Source: Nitrospirota bacterium (GTDB lineage: Bacteria > JACPQY01). From it: 64,000 nucleotides of DNA. The DNA lies in NCBI GenBank assembly GCA_016180645.1, contig JACPAV010000003.1:124001-188000 (forward strand), in the 5' to 3' direction. A model generated the notes under the pieces. The model saw only the letters and a list, made by a program, of their open reading frames with translations, was not told the origin of the DNA and searched no databases. A program made the translations under genes and the position numbers. Shown here piece after piece: positions 8,185 through 17,807 of this stretch (positions are counted from its first letter, which is position 1; each line of letters begins with the position of its first letter).

Positions 8185-10944
8185 TCACGAGCAGTTCGAA
8201 AAGCCGCAGTCGAAGCAGGTTGGTTCCTTGCAGCCGCTCACGAACTCCACGTTCCGCGAGTAGCACTGGGGGCAGAGCGGTTCGTTTTCGCGAGCCGTGA
8301 GGCGTGAGTCGGTCGCTCCAGGCTCCTGCCTTCTCGCGGCACTTCCCCCATCGTGGGGGTCGTGAGGCGTGAGGACCGGAGCCGTCGCATTCGCGGTGCC
8401 ATTCCCCTCCGAAGAATGACTCTTGCCGTTGGCCGCTCCGTTGTGTGAGTCCGTCGCGCCATTCTCCCGCTGGCCGGGCTGGGCGAGCTTCCCAATCTTA
8501 ATGAGGTGATCTCGCAATACCTGCGAGATCGCGTGCGGGATGGAGTCGACCCGTGAAGGACCGAAGCCATACGGCTTGTCCCCTTTCACGGAGTTCAGGT
8601 GCTTGAGCAGCCGAACGGGATCGCCGCCGATCTCAAGGTACTTCGACAACAATATCCCGATAACGGCGGTAAGCCCCGAGATTTCCGTCCCCAGCGGGGG
8701 CAGATTGGTAAAAATGCGGTAAGGGCCGTTGTCATCATAGATGATGTTGACGTGAAGCGGACCATAACCGGTCGGCTTCTCGTAGTACTCGCTCGTCGTC
8801 CCGGACGCCACGCCCCGTGCCGGCTGTTTCTTCGACCCGGCCTCGGCCGACTTGTTCAGATTCAGCACCTGCTGGGCCTTGCTCCCATCGCGGTAGACCG
8901 TCAGGCCCTTACAACCGAGATCGTAGGCGAGGAGATAGGCCTTGGCCATCTGTTCCGGAGTTGTGTCGTTCGTACAGTTGATCGTTTTCGACACGGCGTT
9001 GTCGGTGCTTTTCTGGAACGCAGCCTGAATGCGGATGTGGTGTTCGAAAGACACATCGTGTGACGTGGGGAATAGGCTCTGGACGTCCTTCGGGATTTCA
9101 GGGATGCCCCGCACGGAGCCGTGGTTCTGGTTGATTTTCTCCCAGAGGTCCGTTTCGGTCAGGCCGAAGAACCCGTTCCGCGCCGCCACTTCCCGGAATG
9201 AGGGGTTGACCTCATAAAACACATCCTTCGGATCCGGCTTAGTGCCCTGTTTGACCGCGTCCAGCCCCTTCGCGTTGTACCGGGTGTACGAGATCGCGAA
9301 AAACGGCTCGATTCCACTCCCCTGCAGCCCCGCCGCGATCGCGATCGTGCCCGTTGGGGCGATCGTCGTCCGCGCGCAGTTCCGGGGCCTCCAGTCTTCT
9401 CCCCGAAAGTGGATGCTCTCCTTGTCGTGGATGGAATCCTTGAAGTTCGGGAAGACTCCGCGTTGACGCGCGAGCTCGACGGAGGCATCGAGCGACGTCT
9501 GATTGATGAAGCCCATGACTTTTTCGGCCATCTGGATGGCTTCATCGCCGTCGTATGGAATTCCAAGCCCGACCAGCATCTCCGCAAACCCCATGACACC
9601 GAGACCGATTCGGCGGTTGCCTTTCGCCATGAGCTCGATCTCCGGCGTGGGGTAGTTGTTCAGATCGATCACGTTGTCCAGGAAGTGAATCGACTCATTC
9701 ACGATTTCGCTGAGCCCTTCCTCGTCCAACTGTCCGTTCCGTACGAACTTCGAGAGGGTGATGGAACCGAGGTTGCACGGTTCGTTGGGAAGAAGCGGTT
9801 GCTCGCCGCACGGGTTCGTGGCCTCGATCGGGCCGAGGGCCGGCGTGGGGTTCGAGTGTGAGTTGTTGATCCGGTCGAGAACGACATACCCCGGATCGCC
9901 GCACTTCCACGCGTAATCGATGATGAGATCGAAGAGCTCCCGCGCCTTCTCCCTGCCGGCCGGCTTCCGGGTCTTGGGATTGATGAGTTCGATCTCCTCG
10001 TCCTTGCGAACGGCATCGATGAACGCGGAATCGATGCCTACGGAGATATTGAAATTCTCCAGGATCCCTCCATTGCCCTTCATGGTGATGAACTCCCGGA
10101 TATCCGGGTGGGTGTACGGCATGATCGCCATGTTCGCGCCGCGCCGGGTGCCGCCCTGCTTCACCTGCTCCGTGGCAATGTCGAAGATTTTCATGAACGA
10201 CACAGGGCCCGAGGCAATCCCTTTCGTCGTCTTCACTTCGTCTTCCTTGGGACGGATCCGCCCGAAGGAGAAACCCGTGCCCCCGCCCGACTTGTGGATG
10301 AGCGCCTGGTTCTTGACCGATTCAAAAATGCCTTCAATGCTGTCCGGCACCGGTAGCACGTAGCACGCGGAAAGCTGCTGCAGAGCGCGCCCGGCGTTCA
10401 TCAACGTCGGAGAGTTCGGCAGGAAAAAGAAGTTGGAAAGGAGGGCGTAGAACTTGTCGGCGGTCTCCTGGACGATCCGCCGCGCCTCGGCATCCTCTTC
10501 CACCAGGCGAAGCAGATTGTCCATGAACCGCCGGAAGTTCTTCTCCCGTTCTTCGTATTCGTGAATCCCCTGATGCAGCAGGACCATATCAACCGTGGCC
10601 CCGCACCCTCCGCTGCCATCCATGGCGCTCCGGGTACGACCAGCCGTCGTGGCGTCGCCCCCCACGTCCTTTTGAACCACCGTGTGACGGACGCCCTTCA
10701 GCCATTTCTCACGGGGGATCGAAGGCGAATGGAGAAGATCTCCGAGCGCGATGTTCCGAGCCACCCCCAGCAGCCAGGCTTCAACACTTTTCGCATCGCG
10801 CAGGTACTTGTCCCGGATGACCTTCAGTTGATTTTCCGAAAGCGGCAAGCCCTCCGGATTTCCGTCTGCCGTGGAATGAATTTGCAGTCTCCGACCTCGA
10901 GTCCTTCCCTGGGAGATCTCGAGAATCTCAGCCGTTTGAGCCAT
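8185..10944 (-). CDS. nrdJ: Class II (B12-dependent) ribonucleotide reductase with C-terminal TSCPD-like and Cys-rich domains
   Basis: FLPNSPTLMNAG, QLSACYV, SGGGTG, KQGGTRRGANM, ATNPCGEQPL, CNLGS, RRIGLGVMG, TTIAPTGT, NAVSKTIN, GCKGLTVYRDGS, terminal CPQC..GC..C..CGFSNC. Confidence 0.95.
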   Translation of the reverse strand: MAQTAEILEISQGRTRGRRLQIHSTADGNPEGLPLSENQLKVIRDKYLRDAKSVEAWLLGVARNIALGDLLHSPSIPREKWLKGVRHTVVQKDVGGDATTAGRTRSAMDGSGGCGATVDMVLLHQGIHEYEEREKNFRRFMDNLLRLVEEDAEARRIVQETADKFYALLSNFFFLPNSPTLMNAGRALQQLSACYVLPVPDSIEGIFESVKNQALIHKSGGGTGFSFGRIRPKEDEVKTTKGIASGPVSFMKIFDIATEQVKQGGTRRGANMAIMPYTHPDIREFITMKGNGGILENFNISVGIDSAFIDAVRKDEEIELINPKTRKPAGREKARELFDLIIDYAWKCGDPGYVVLDRINNSHSNPTPALGPIEATNPCGEQPLLPNEPCNLGSITLSKFVRNGQLDEEGLSEIVNESIHFLDNVIDLNNYPTPEIELMAKGNRRIGLGVMGFAEMLVGLGIPYDGDEAIQMAEKVMGFINQTSLDASVELARQRGVFPNFKDSIHDKESIHFRGEDWRPRNCARTTIAPTGTIAIAAGLQGSGIEPFFAISYTRYNAKGLDAVKQGTKPDPKDVFYEVNPSFREVAARNGFFGLTETDLWEKINQNHGSVRGIPEIPKDVQSLFPTSHDVSFEHHIRIQAAFQKSTDNAVSKTINCTNDTTPEQMAKAYLLAYDLGCKGLTVYRDGSKAQQVLNLNKSAEAGSKKQPARGVASGTTSEYYEKPTGYGPLHVNIIYDDNGPYRIFTNLPPLGTEISGLTAVIGILLSKYLEIGGDPVRLLKHLNSVKGDKPYGFGPSRVDSIPHAISQVLRDHLIKIGKLAQPGQRENGATDSHNGAANGKSHSSEGNGTANATAPVLTPHDPHDGGSAARRQEPGATDSRLTARENEPLCPQCYSRNVEFVSGCKEPTCFDCGFSNCS

Positions 10945-10992
10945 TGTCACTCCTTTCTGTCCTCCATGCGTTGGTATCGGGCCACTGGAATA

Positions 10993-11038
10993 GATCTAAA
11001 TGTTGTGTCTTGTGAGGGCAGAATACCACATATGGTAT
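10993..11038. promoter_or_regulatory. Tandem NrdR boxes
   Basis: ACACAACATTTAGATC (minus, 10993-11008) and ATACCACATATGGTAT (11023-11038) fit the acaCwAtATaTwGtgt consensus; 30 bp apart, upstream of nrdJ. Confidence 0.75.
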
Positions 11039-11048
11039 GCCCTGTCAA
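11020..11048 (-). promoter_or_regulatory. sigma70-type promoter of nrdJ, overlapped by an NrdR box
   Basis: TTGACA (11048-11043), 17 nt, TATTCT (11025-11020). Confidence 0.7.
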
Positions 11049-11193
11049 CCCGAATCTATTCCAGCCAATCCGTGCTATCGGTGGAACCGCATTTTCTGTC
11101 TGAGCTTCTTGTACTTATGCTTCTTGATTTTTCGCTTTCGCCATTTCTTAACACTACCCATGTGTCAACATCCTTTCTGGAACGATTTTCTGG

Positions 11194-12534
11194 TCAGACC
11201 GCATTCGACTGGAGCCCCCGATCCGGAAGGCTCTGCGATTTCCAAATCTTCATGTGTTCGAGGGCCCGCTCGGCGACTTCTCGACGGTTCCGGCGCCGGG
11301 CGGCCGCCGTATCCCTCATGGGAGGCATGAGCCCGTAGTTGATGTTCATCGGTTGAAAATGTTTGGGGTCCGCCGTGGTGATGTAATGGACGAGCGCCCC
11401 GATCGCGGTCGTCGGCGGGGGGACAACGGGCGGAAGGCCCTGGAGCATGCGGGCGGCGTTCGTTCCGGCCACCCAGCCCATGGCGGCCGATTCGATGTAG
11501 CCTTCCACGCCAACGAGTTGCCCCGCAATGAAAACGCCCTTTCGATCCTTCAGCTCCAGGTGCGGCTTCAGGAGGACCGGCGAATTGATGTACGTATTCC
11601 GATGCACGCTCCCAAAGCGCGCAAACTCCGCTTTTTCCAAGCCGGGTATCATGTGAAAGACTCTCTGCTGCTCAGGGTATTTCAGTTTCGTCTGGAAGCC
11701 AACCATATTGTACAAATGTCCGTACTTGTCCTCCGGCCGGAGTTGGACGACGGCGTACGGACGACGACCGGTCTTGGGATCGGTCAGACCGACCGGTTTC
11801 ATCGGGCCGAACGCCAGGGTGTCCACCCCCCGGCGGGCCATTTCTTCCACCGGCAGGCAGCCCTCGAAGAACATGGGCTTCTCAAACGGTTTCAGGGCCA
11901 CCGCTTCGGCCTTGAGAAGAGCGTCCACAAATCCGTAGTACCCATCCTTCTCGAATGGACAGTTCACGTAGTCCTCATTGTCCTCCTGATACCTCGACGC
12001 TTTGAAGCATTTCTCCATATCGATGGACTCCGCATCCACAATCGGAGAAATCGCATCGAAGAAATAGAGGAACTTTCCATGGGTCAGACGGATCAGGATC
12101 TCCGTCAGGCTCGGCGAGGTGAGCGGGCCGGTCGCGAAGACCGTCACGCCTTCGGGGAGCGACTGGACTTCCTCCCGGACCACCTCGATCAGCGGGTGGG
12201 ACTCGATGCGTTCCGTGATCGTCTCCGCGAAAAGATTCCGGTCCACCGCCAGGGCCACTCCGGCCGGCACTTCATTTTTTGCGGCCGATTCCAGAATCAG
12301 GGATTCCAGGAGGATCATCTCCTGTTTGAGCAGTCCCGGTCCATTCTCCAATGACTTGGCCTTGAAGGAATTGGAGCAGACCAGCTCGGCCATCTTTCCG
12401 GAGGAGTGGGCAGCGGTCATGACTTTCGGGCGCATTTCGTATAGACGCACCTTCACCCCGAGCTGGGCGGCCTGCCAGGCGGCCTCGCTGCCGGCCAGCC
12501 CTGCCCCCACAACAGTCAGAGTCGTCTCACTCAC
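11194..12534 (-). CDS. trmFO: tRNA (uracil-54-C5)-methyltransferase TrmFO/Gid
   Basis: VVGAGLAGSEAAWQAA, AELVCSNS, LYFFDAISPIV, FFEGCLPVE, FGPMKPVGL, YNMVGFQT, HRNTYIN, GVEGYIESAA; GTG 12534 with GGAGG. Confidence 0.95.
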   Translation of the reverse strand: MSETTLTVVGAGLAGSEAAWQAAQLGVKVRLYEMRPKVMTAAHSSGKMAELVCSNSFKAKSLENGPGLLKQEMILLESLILESAAKNEVPAGVALAVDRNLFAETITERIESHPLIEVVREEVQSLPEGVTVFATGPLTSPSLTEILIRLTHGKFLYFFDAISPIVDAESIDMEKCFKASRYQEDNEDYVNCPFEKDGYYGFVDALLKAEAVALKPFEKPMFFEGCLPVEEMARRGVDTLAFGPMKPVGLTDPKTGRRPYAVVQLRPEDKYGHLYNMVGFQTKLKYPEQQRVFHMIPGLEKAEFARFGSVHRNTYINSPVLLKPHLELKDRKGVFIAGQLVGVEGYIESAAMGWVAGTNAARMLQGLPPVVPPPTTAIGALVHYITTADPKHFQPMNINYGLMPPMRDTAAARRRNRREVAERALEHMKIWKSQSLPDRGLQSNAV

Positions 12535-12550
12535 GGAGTTCGGGACCTCC

Positions 12551-13180
12551 TCAAGATGCGAATACTTTTTCAGGTTTCCAGGACCGAACGGGTGCCGCAG
12601 ACTTGGGTGGAGATGTCGGAGCAGTCTTCCCCGGAGGACCGCTTGCGGGGCGGGATGCAGATGCCACGGTCGGTTTGCTCGCCGTTCCAAGTTCGGCGGG
12701 TTTGCCCGTTCCTTGCGCCGGATTCGATGGCTGGGTTGCTCGGCTGTACGCCTCAGAGGTCGGATGCGCCCAGTCCAGAAGCTCCGTGGGAGATTTTTCA
12801 CGGACCACCATCCCGAGTATGGACTTGGCGACTTCCTTCTGCGAGTGCTCCTCGCGCTGCCGCTGCTCCCCCTTGATCTGATGCAGTTCCGCCTCCATGC
12901 GGACCTCGAGATCGTGTCCTTCCTTCACGCGGGCCTTCTGCTCGATCAGGACGGCGGCCGCCCGCTTGTCCATGCGTTCCAATTCCCCATCCCAGTTCAG
13001 GATGAAATTGGACAGGCGACCCAGCAGGTTTCGGACTTCCTCTCCATTCAGCCCCTCTTCCAGGGACTCCCTTTCAAGCTCCAAGTCCCCCTCTTTCGCC
13101 GTTTTCTTTCTCGACCGAATAATAAGCGGTATCAGAGCGGCAAAAACCAGTGCTTCAGCCAGAAATATCCAGACCATCAT
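12551..13180 (-). CDS. Hypothetical membrane-anchored coiled-coil protein
   Basis: N-terminal TM (MMVWIFLAEALVFAALIPLII), charged coiled-coil, Pro/Ser/Thr-rich tail; between topA and trmFO, overlapping topA end. Confidence 0.6.
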   Translation of the reverse strand: MMVWIFLAEALVFAALIPLIIRSRKKTAKEGDLELERESLEEGLNGEEVRNLLGRLSNFILNWDGELERMDKRAAAVLIEQKARVKEGHDLEVRMEAELHQIKGEQRQREEHSQKEVAKSILGMVVREKSPTELLDWAHPTSEAYSRATQPSNPAQGTGKPAELGTASKPTVASASRPASGPPGKTAPTSPPKSAAPVRSWKPEKVFAS

Positions 13181-15260
13181 TTCCCCCTTTCTCTTCCGTG
13201 AGCGCACCCTCCTGTTTGTTCTCCCCTTCCGCCGGTTCCACGGGAAGTGATTCCGTGTGGCGACAGTCCGGGAAGCCCGTGCAGGCCACGAACCGACCCC
13301 TCACCCCGAACCGAATGACCAATGGCTTTCCACATTTCGGATCCGGGCAATTTCGGCCGACCTCTTCAACAACCCCGCGCACGGTCCGCATTTCCACGGC
13401 CGCCCGGTCCAGGGCACGGGAGAATGGACCGTAGAATTCCCGGAGCGTCTCGACCCAATCGGCCTCCCCTTCTTCGATCTTGTCCAGTTTCTCCTCCATC
13501 TCCGCCGTGAATTGAAGATCGAGCACTTCCGGAAAACTTTCGATCAGCAATTCCGTGATGAGCTCCCCCAAGGCGCTCGGCTTGAACCGGCCCTTGTCCT
13601 TGTAAACGTAACCCCGAAGCTGAATGGTGGAAATGATGACCGCGTAGGTGGAGGGACGACCGATTCCCTTTTCCTCCAGTTCCTTGATGAGGGAGCTTTC
13701 GGAATAGCGCGGCGGGGGCTGGGTGAAATGTTGGCGATCCTCCAGGCCCAAGAGATCCAGCGTTTCTCCGACCTTCACCGTGGGAAGACGGGGATCCTCC
13801 TCGGAATCGGGGGCCTCCTCATCTTTCCCCTCGCGATAGAGCACAGTGAAGCCTTCAAATTTCACCGTCGAGCCGTTGGCCCGGAAAACGGCGCGGTGGC
13901 CCCCGCCGTTGGCCGGGCCCCTGGGAAGCTCTGCTTCAATGTCCACGCGTGTCTGATCCAGGATCGCATCGGCCATCTGTGAGGCCACGAAACGCTGCCA
14001 GACGATCTGATAAACCTTGAACTGCTCGTCGGTCAGGAAAGAGCGAAGGGCGTCGGGCGTCCGGCTCACATCGCTGGGCCGGATCGCCTCGTGCGCATCC
14101 TGTGCCGATTTCTTGTTGCGATAGGATCGGGCCTCGGCGGGAAGAAAAGACCGGTCAAACCGGGCACGAATGAAGGCGCGCGCGTCGTTCACGGCATCGG
14201 CTGAAATGCGGACGGAATCGGTTCTCATGTAGGTGATGAGGCCGGTCGGCCCTTCGTCTCCGATCGCGATGCCCTCGTACAGTTGCTGGGCGATCATCAT
14301 CGTTTTCCGCGCCGGGTAATGGTACCGGCGGGCCGCCTCCCGCTGAAGCTCGCTGGTGATGAACGGCGGGGACGGGTGCCGCCGCAGCTCCTTCGTTTCC
14401 GTTTCACCCACCGTAAACGAGGCATGGGCGCTCAACTGTTCCTTGAGCGGCGCCATCTCCGCCTGAGTCATAATTCTCTCCCCGGGCTCCGGCTTGCCGT
14501 GGGCAATGCGCACGCCGTCCAGCTCTCGAAGGCGGGCCTTGAACGGCGGCGGTGATCCGGCTCTGAACTCCGCCGTGAGCGAGCCGTATTCGATGGGAAC
14601 GAACTTGCGGATTTCTTTTTCGCGGTCGACGACCAGGCGAACGGCCACGGACTGGACCCGGCCGGCCGACAGCCCACGCTTCACCTTCTTCCAGAGCAAC
14701 GGACTCAACTTGTAGCCCACGACGCGATCCAAAATTCGCCGGGCCTGCTGGGCATTGAACTTCTTGACGTCCAGTTCTTCGGGATGGGCGATGGCTTCTT
14801 TGACTTTCTTCGCGGTGATTTCGTGGAGGATCACCCGGTAAACGTGCTTTCTTTCTCCCTGCTCCGATTTGCGCCGGCCCCCCGCGGAGTCGGGCTTCCG
14901 GGTCTTTGGCGAGCCGGTATCGGAGCCGCCCGACGAATCGGCATGGGGATGGGTACCGCCATCGCGAACCTGTCCCGCCAAGTGCCAGGCAATGGCTTCG
15001 CCCTCGCGATCCGGGTCCGAGGCCAGATAAATTCTCTTGGCCTTCTTCGCGGCCGATCGGATCTCCTTGAGGATCTTTCCCTTTCCCCGGATGATGATGT
15101 AGTGGGGCTCGAAGTCCTTATCGACATCCACGCCGAACTTGGAGGCGGGAAGATCGATCACGTGACCCATGGAGGCCTTCACCGTGTACTTGTCGCCCAG
15201 GTACTTCTTCAGCGTTTTGGCCTTCGTCGGCGATTCGACGATCACGAGATTTTCGGACAT
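13155..15260 (-). CDS. topA: DNA topoisomerase I
   Basis: LVIVESPTKAKT, ASMGHVIDL, LASDPDREGEAIAWH, SAGRVQS, GLITYMRTDS, AQDAHEAIRP, GIGRPSTY, one C-terminal Zn ribbon. Confidence 0.96.
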   Translation of the reverse strand: MSENLVIVESPTKAKTLKKYLGDKYTVKASMGHVIDLPASKFGVDVDKDFEPHYIIIRGKGKILKEIRSAAKKAKRIYLASDPDREGEAIAWHLAGQVRDGGTHPHADSSGGSDTGSPKTRKPDSAGGRRKSEQGERKHVYRVILHEITAKKVKEAIAHPEELDVKKFNAQQARRILDRVVGYKLSPLLWKKVKRGLSAGRVQSVAVRLVVDREKEIRKFVPIEYGSLTAEFRAGSPPPFKARLRELDGVRIAHGKPEPGERIMTQAEMAPLKEQLSAHASFTVGETETKELRRHPSPPFITSELQREAARRYHYPARKTMMIAQQLYEGIAIGDEGPTGLITYMRTDSVRISADAVNDARAFIRARFDRSFLPAEARSYRNKKSAQDAHEAIRPSDVSRTPDALRSFLTDEQFKVYQIVWQRFVASQMADAILDQTRVDIEAELPRGPANGGGHRAVFRANGSTVKFEGFTVLYREGKDEEAPDSEEDPRLPTVKVGETLDLLGLEDRQHFTQPPPRYSESSLIKELEEKGIGRPSTYAVIISTIQLRGYVYKDKGRFKPSALGELITELLIESFPEVLDLQFTAEMEEKLDKIEEGEADWVETLREFYGPFSRALDRAAVEMRTVRGVVEEVGRNCPDPKCGKPLVIRFGVRGRFVACTGFPDCRHTESLPVEPAEGENKQEGALTEEKGGNDGLDISG

Positions 15261-15417
15261 CTTTGTATTCTCGTCGGAAACGCTTCCTGGGTCAAGTTCG
15301 CTGTTTGCGCCGCCGCGGAGGGGCCGAAAATCCGGCCAAGGGCCGCGCATCGAACGGCCCGGATACCCTAACACTCAATCAGTGGCGCCACGTTTACCCA
15401 TGTGCTAACGTTCGCCG

Positions 15418-15714
15418 ATGCGTCGGGTGCCCATCGAGAAAGCCGAGGCCGGCATGATCACCACGCAGCCCATCGTCAGCGAGAAGGGCATGGTGCTCTG
15501 CTCCAAGGGATCGCCGCTGACCGAAACCCTGATCGAGCGGCTTGGGAGACTCGGGATCAGATCCGTCGCGGTCGAGGGCGACGATCCAGTGGAAGGAACC
15601 ACGGACCCGGTCCAGTCGCGTCTCGAAATCGACGAACGGTTTTCGAAGGTCGCCGATGATCCGCTGATGGCGGAGATCAAGAATCTCGTGGTCAAGATTC
15701 AACTGGGCTCCTGA
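15418..15714 (+). CDS. Small hypothetical protein, HDOD-associated
   Basis: GMxxxxPIxxxxGxVLxxxGxxLTxxLIxRLxxxGI pattern, as in the N-terminal module of HD-family proteins; 9 bp before the HDOD gene. Confidence 0.65.
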   Translation: MRRVPIEKAEAGMITTQPIVSEKGMVLCSKGSPLTETLIERLGRLGIRSVAVEGDDPVEGTTDPVQSRLEIDERFSKVADDPLMAEIKNLVVKIQLGS

Positions 15715-15723
15715 TCGGAACGC

Positions 15724-16563
15724 ATGCCGATCGATCGCAAAGTTCTTCAGATCAAGATCCAGAATCTCAAGAACCTCCCTCCTCTTCCGGCCGCCATCCA
15801 GAGGGTCGGCCAGATGGTGGAGGATCCGAAAGTGACCACGCAGCAGCTTTCGGACGTTATTGCGAAGGATCAGGCGCTGGCCAGCCGCGTCCTGAGACTG
15901 GTCAATTCACCCCTGTATGGGTTTCCAGGCCGCATTTCGGAAATTTCCCATGCCATCGTGCTCCTCGGCTTCAATGTCATCAAGAGCCTCGCTTTCGGCA
16001 CCTATGTTTCCGGGATCATGACCAAGGAGATCGAGGGATTGTGGGAGCATTCACTCGGTACCTCCCTTGCTGCGGGCATCCTGGCCCGCAAAGTTGGATT
16101 CCCCAAGCCCGATGAGGCCTCCGTGGCGGGACTCCTGCACGACGTCGGCAAAGCCGCGCTGAAAGTCCTGTTTCCCGCGGAGTACCGCCGCGTACTGCAA
16201 GTCGTCCAGGAAAAACAATGTTTCATCTTGGAGGCGGAGCGGGAGGTCCTGGGGGATTTCGACCACTGTCGCATGGGCGCCGAGTTGTGCCTTCGATGGA
16301 ATCTTCCGGCAGGCTTGCGGGAAACGATTCTCCATCACCATGATCCGGCGCGAGTCCGGCAGGAGAAGGATCTGACGGCCATTGTTCACACGGCCGACGT
16401 ACTGGCCCGCGCCTTCGGATTCGGATTCGCGGGTGACCCTTACGTTCCGGCTTTGGAAAAGAAAGCATGGGAAATGCTCAAATTGACGTGGGACGACCTT
16501 GAGAACGTTTCGAGAGACCTTCAGCAGAACCTGCACAAAGTCAAGGATTCCTTCCGGTCCTGA
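15724..16563 (+). CDS. HDOD domain signal transduction protein
   Basis: LPPLP, KDQALASRVLRLVNSPLYG, HAIVLLG, LWEHS, AGLLHDVGK, DHCRMG, WNLP, HHHDP. Confidence 0.92.
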   Translation: MPIDRKVLQIKIQNLKNLPPLPAAIQRVGQMVEDPKVTTQQLSDVIAKDQALASRVLRLVNSPLYGFPGRISEISHAIVLLGFNVIKSLAFGTYVSGIMTKEIEGLWEHSLGTSLAAGILARKVGFPKPDEASVAGLLHDVGKAALKVLFPAEYRRVLQVVQEKQCFILEAEREVLGDFDHCRMGAELCLRWNLPAGLRETILHHHDPARVRQEKDLTAIVHTADVLARAFGFGFAGDPYVPALEKKAWEMLKLTWDDLENVSRDLQQNLHKVKDSFRS

Positions 16564-16620
16564 CCTCCCTCCCGGAGATTTTCGGAGGCCCCCTGCGCCC
16601 GAGCCCGGAAAGGAGAAGGA

Positions 16621-17791
16621 ATGTTCGACCCTTCCCCGCCGTTACCAAGCTCCGGTATATATCACCCTTGCGGTTCTCGGCTGCTTCCTGGCAGGTTGCT
16701 TCGGACAAGCGCCGGACACGGAGCTGGCCTTTCGTCTTTCCAATTCGTCCAGCGCAAAGGATGCCGACCTCCAAAGCCTGCGGGTGCGCCTGTACCGGGC
16801 CGCCGATATCCGTCCCCTGACCGAAACGACCGATCCCGCCAAGGTATGCACTTTTGCGGGCCAGGACCTCGTTCCCGACCTGCCGTTCCACGAAACGGAT
16901 CTGAACTACAGCAGCCGGTCAGGCCTGCTGTTTCTCACTTTCGCGGGTGAGAAGCTCTCGCTGGTGGTCGATGCGTTCAGCATCACCAAGACGAAAGAGA
17001 AGGTCCTTGGGGCCCGGGGGATCAAGGCCGACATCAATGTTCAACTCGGTCGTCGATCCGACGCCGGCGAGATTCAACTCGTCGATCCGTTGGAAGCGAG
17101 TCGGCCGACAAATGTGCGGATTGCGGGTCGCTCCGGGCGGATCACAGCGGCTTGGGAGGCCGTTCCCGGGTCGACCGACTACCTCATTTGCATTGCACCC
17201 GCCGCGACGGGAGTGTTTCAGCCCCTCTTGGTGACGGACCATATTACCGAAATCAAGGAACTTCCCGCGAACAACCTGGGCATCGCGACCGCCATTCAGG
17301 ACGGCACGAATTACCGATTGATGATGTTTGCTCACAATTCCGGCGGCCTCAGCCTTGCAGCCGAGTCTCCCGCGGAAACTCAGGACCCGGCCACGGCGGG
17401 AACAAAATACGCGGTGGAAACCTTCATGGCCACACCCCAGAAGAAGGTACCCAGCGCCGAGGCGCCCAAGCTGGTCACCGACAAGTCAGGCTATAGGGCG
17501 GAACTCGCCTGGGAAGCGGCCGAAGGCGCAACGGCGTACTGTTTGGATTCCGCGTGCTTGGAGGCGGGTGGGGCCACCTGCGATGTGAACCCCAAACTGG
17601 CGCATGCCTACTTGCCGGACACGAACGAGAAGAGCGCCGTGAGATGCGCGGGCGCCTCTTCTCTTACCCGGCGATGCCTTGGCGTGGGCATCACGGGGAA
17701 CGCCACGGAATGCAAGTTCCTGTTGTACGCGGTGAACGAAGGCAACGGTGTCAGCGATCCCGAAACGATGACGCTGACGATACGCCCGTAG
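16621..17791 (+). CDS. Secreted lipoprotein with fibronectin type III-like domains (start out of frame or uncertain)
   Basis: Lipobox LAGC; RPTNV..WEAVPGSTDY..Y.LMMFAHNSGGLS and WEAAEGATAY..YAVNEG..S FN3 motifs; the SD-ATG at 16621 is one base out of frame. Confidence 0.65.
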
Positions 17792-17807
17792 GCGGTGCTT
17801 TCCGGGG

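Noticed and set aside
8185-10944. Intein or intron in nrdJ
   Set aside because: No C/S...HN splice junction or homing-endonuclease motifs; catalytic motifs are contiguous
10951-11190. Cobalamin riboswitch upstream of nrdJ (also checked upstream of the B12 radical SAM)
   Set aside because: Predicted leaders are short and lack recognisable B12-box motifs; NrdR boxes and a TetR operator explain the regions
14850-14965. Low-complexity insertion in the TopA Toprim domain
   Set aside because: In-frame Gly/Ser/charged loop at a known variable position; no sign of a mobile element
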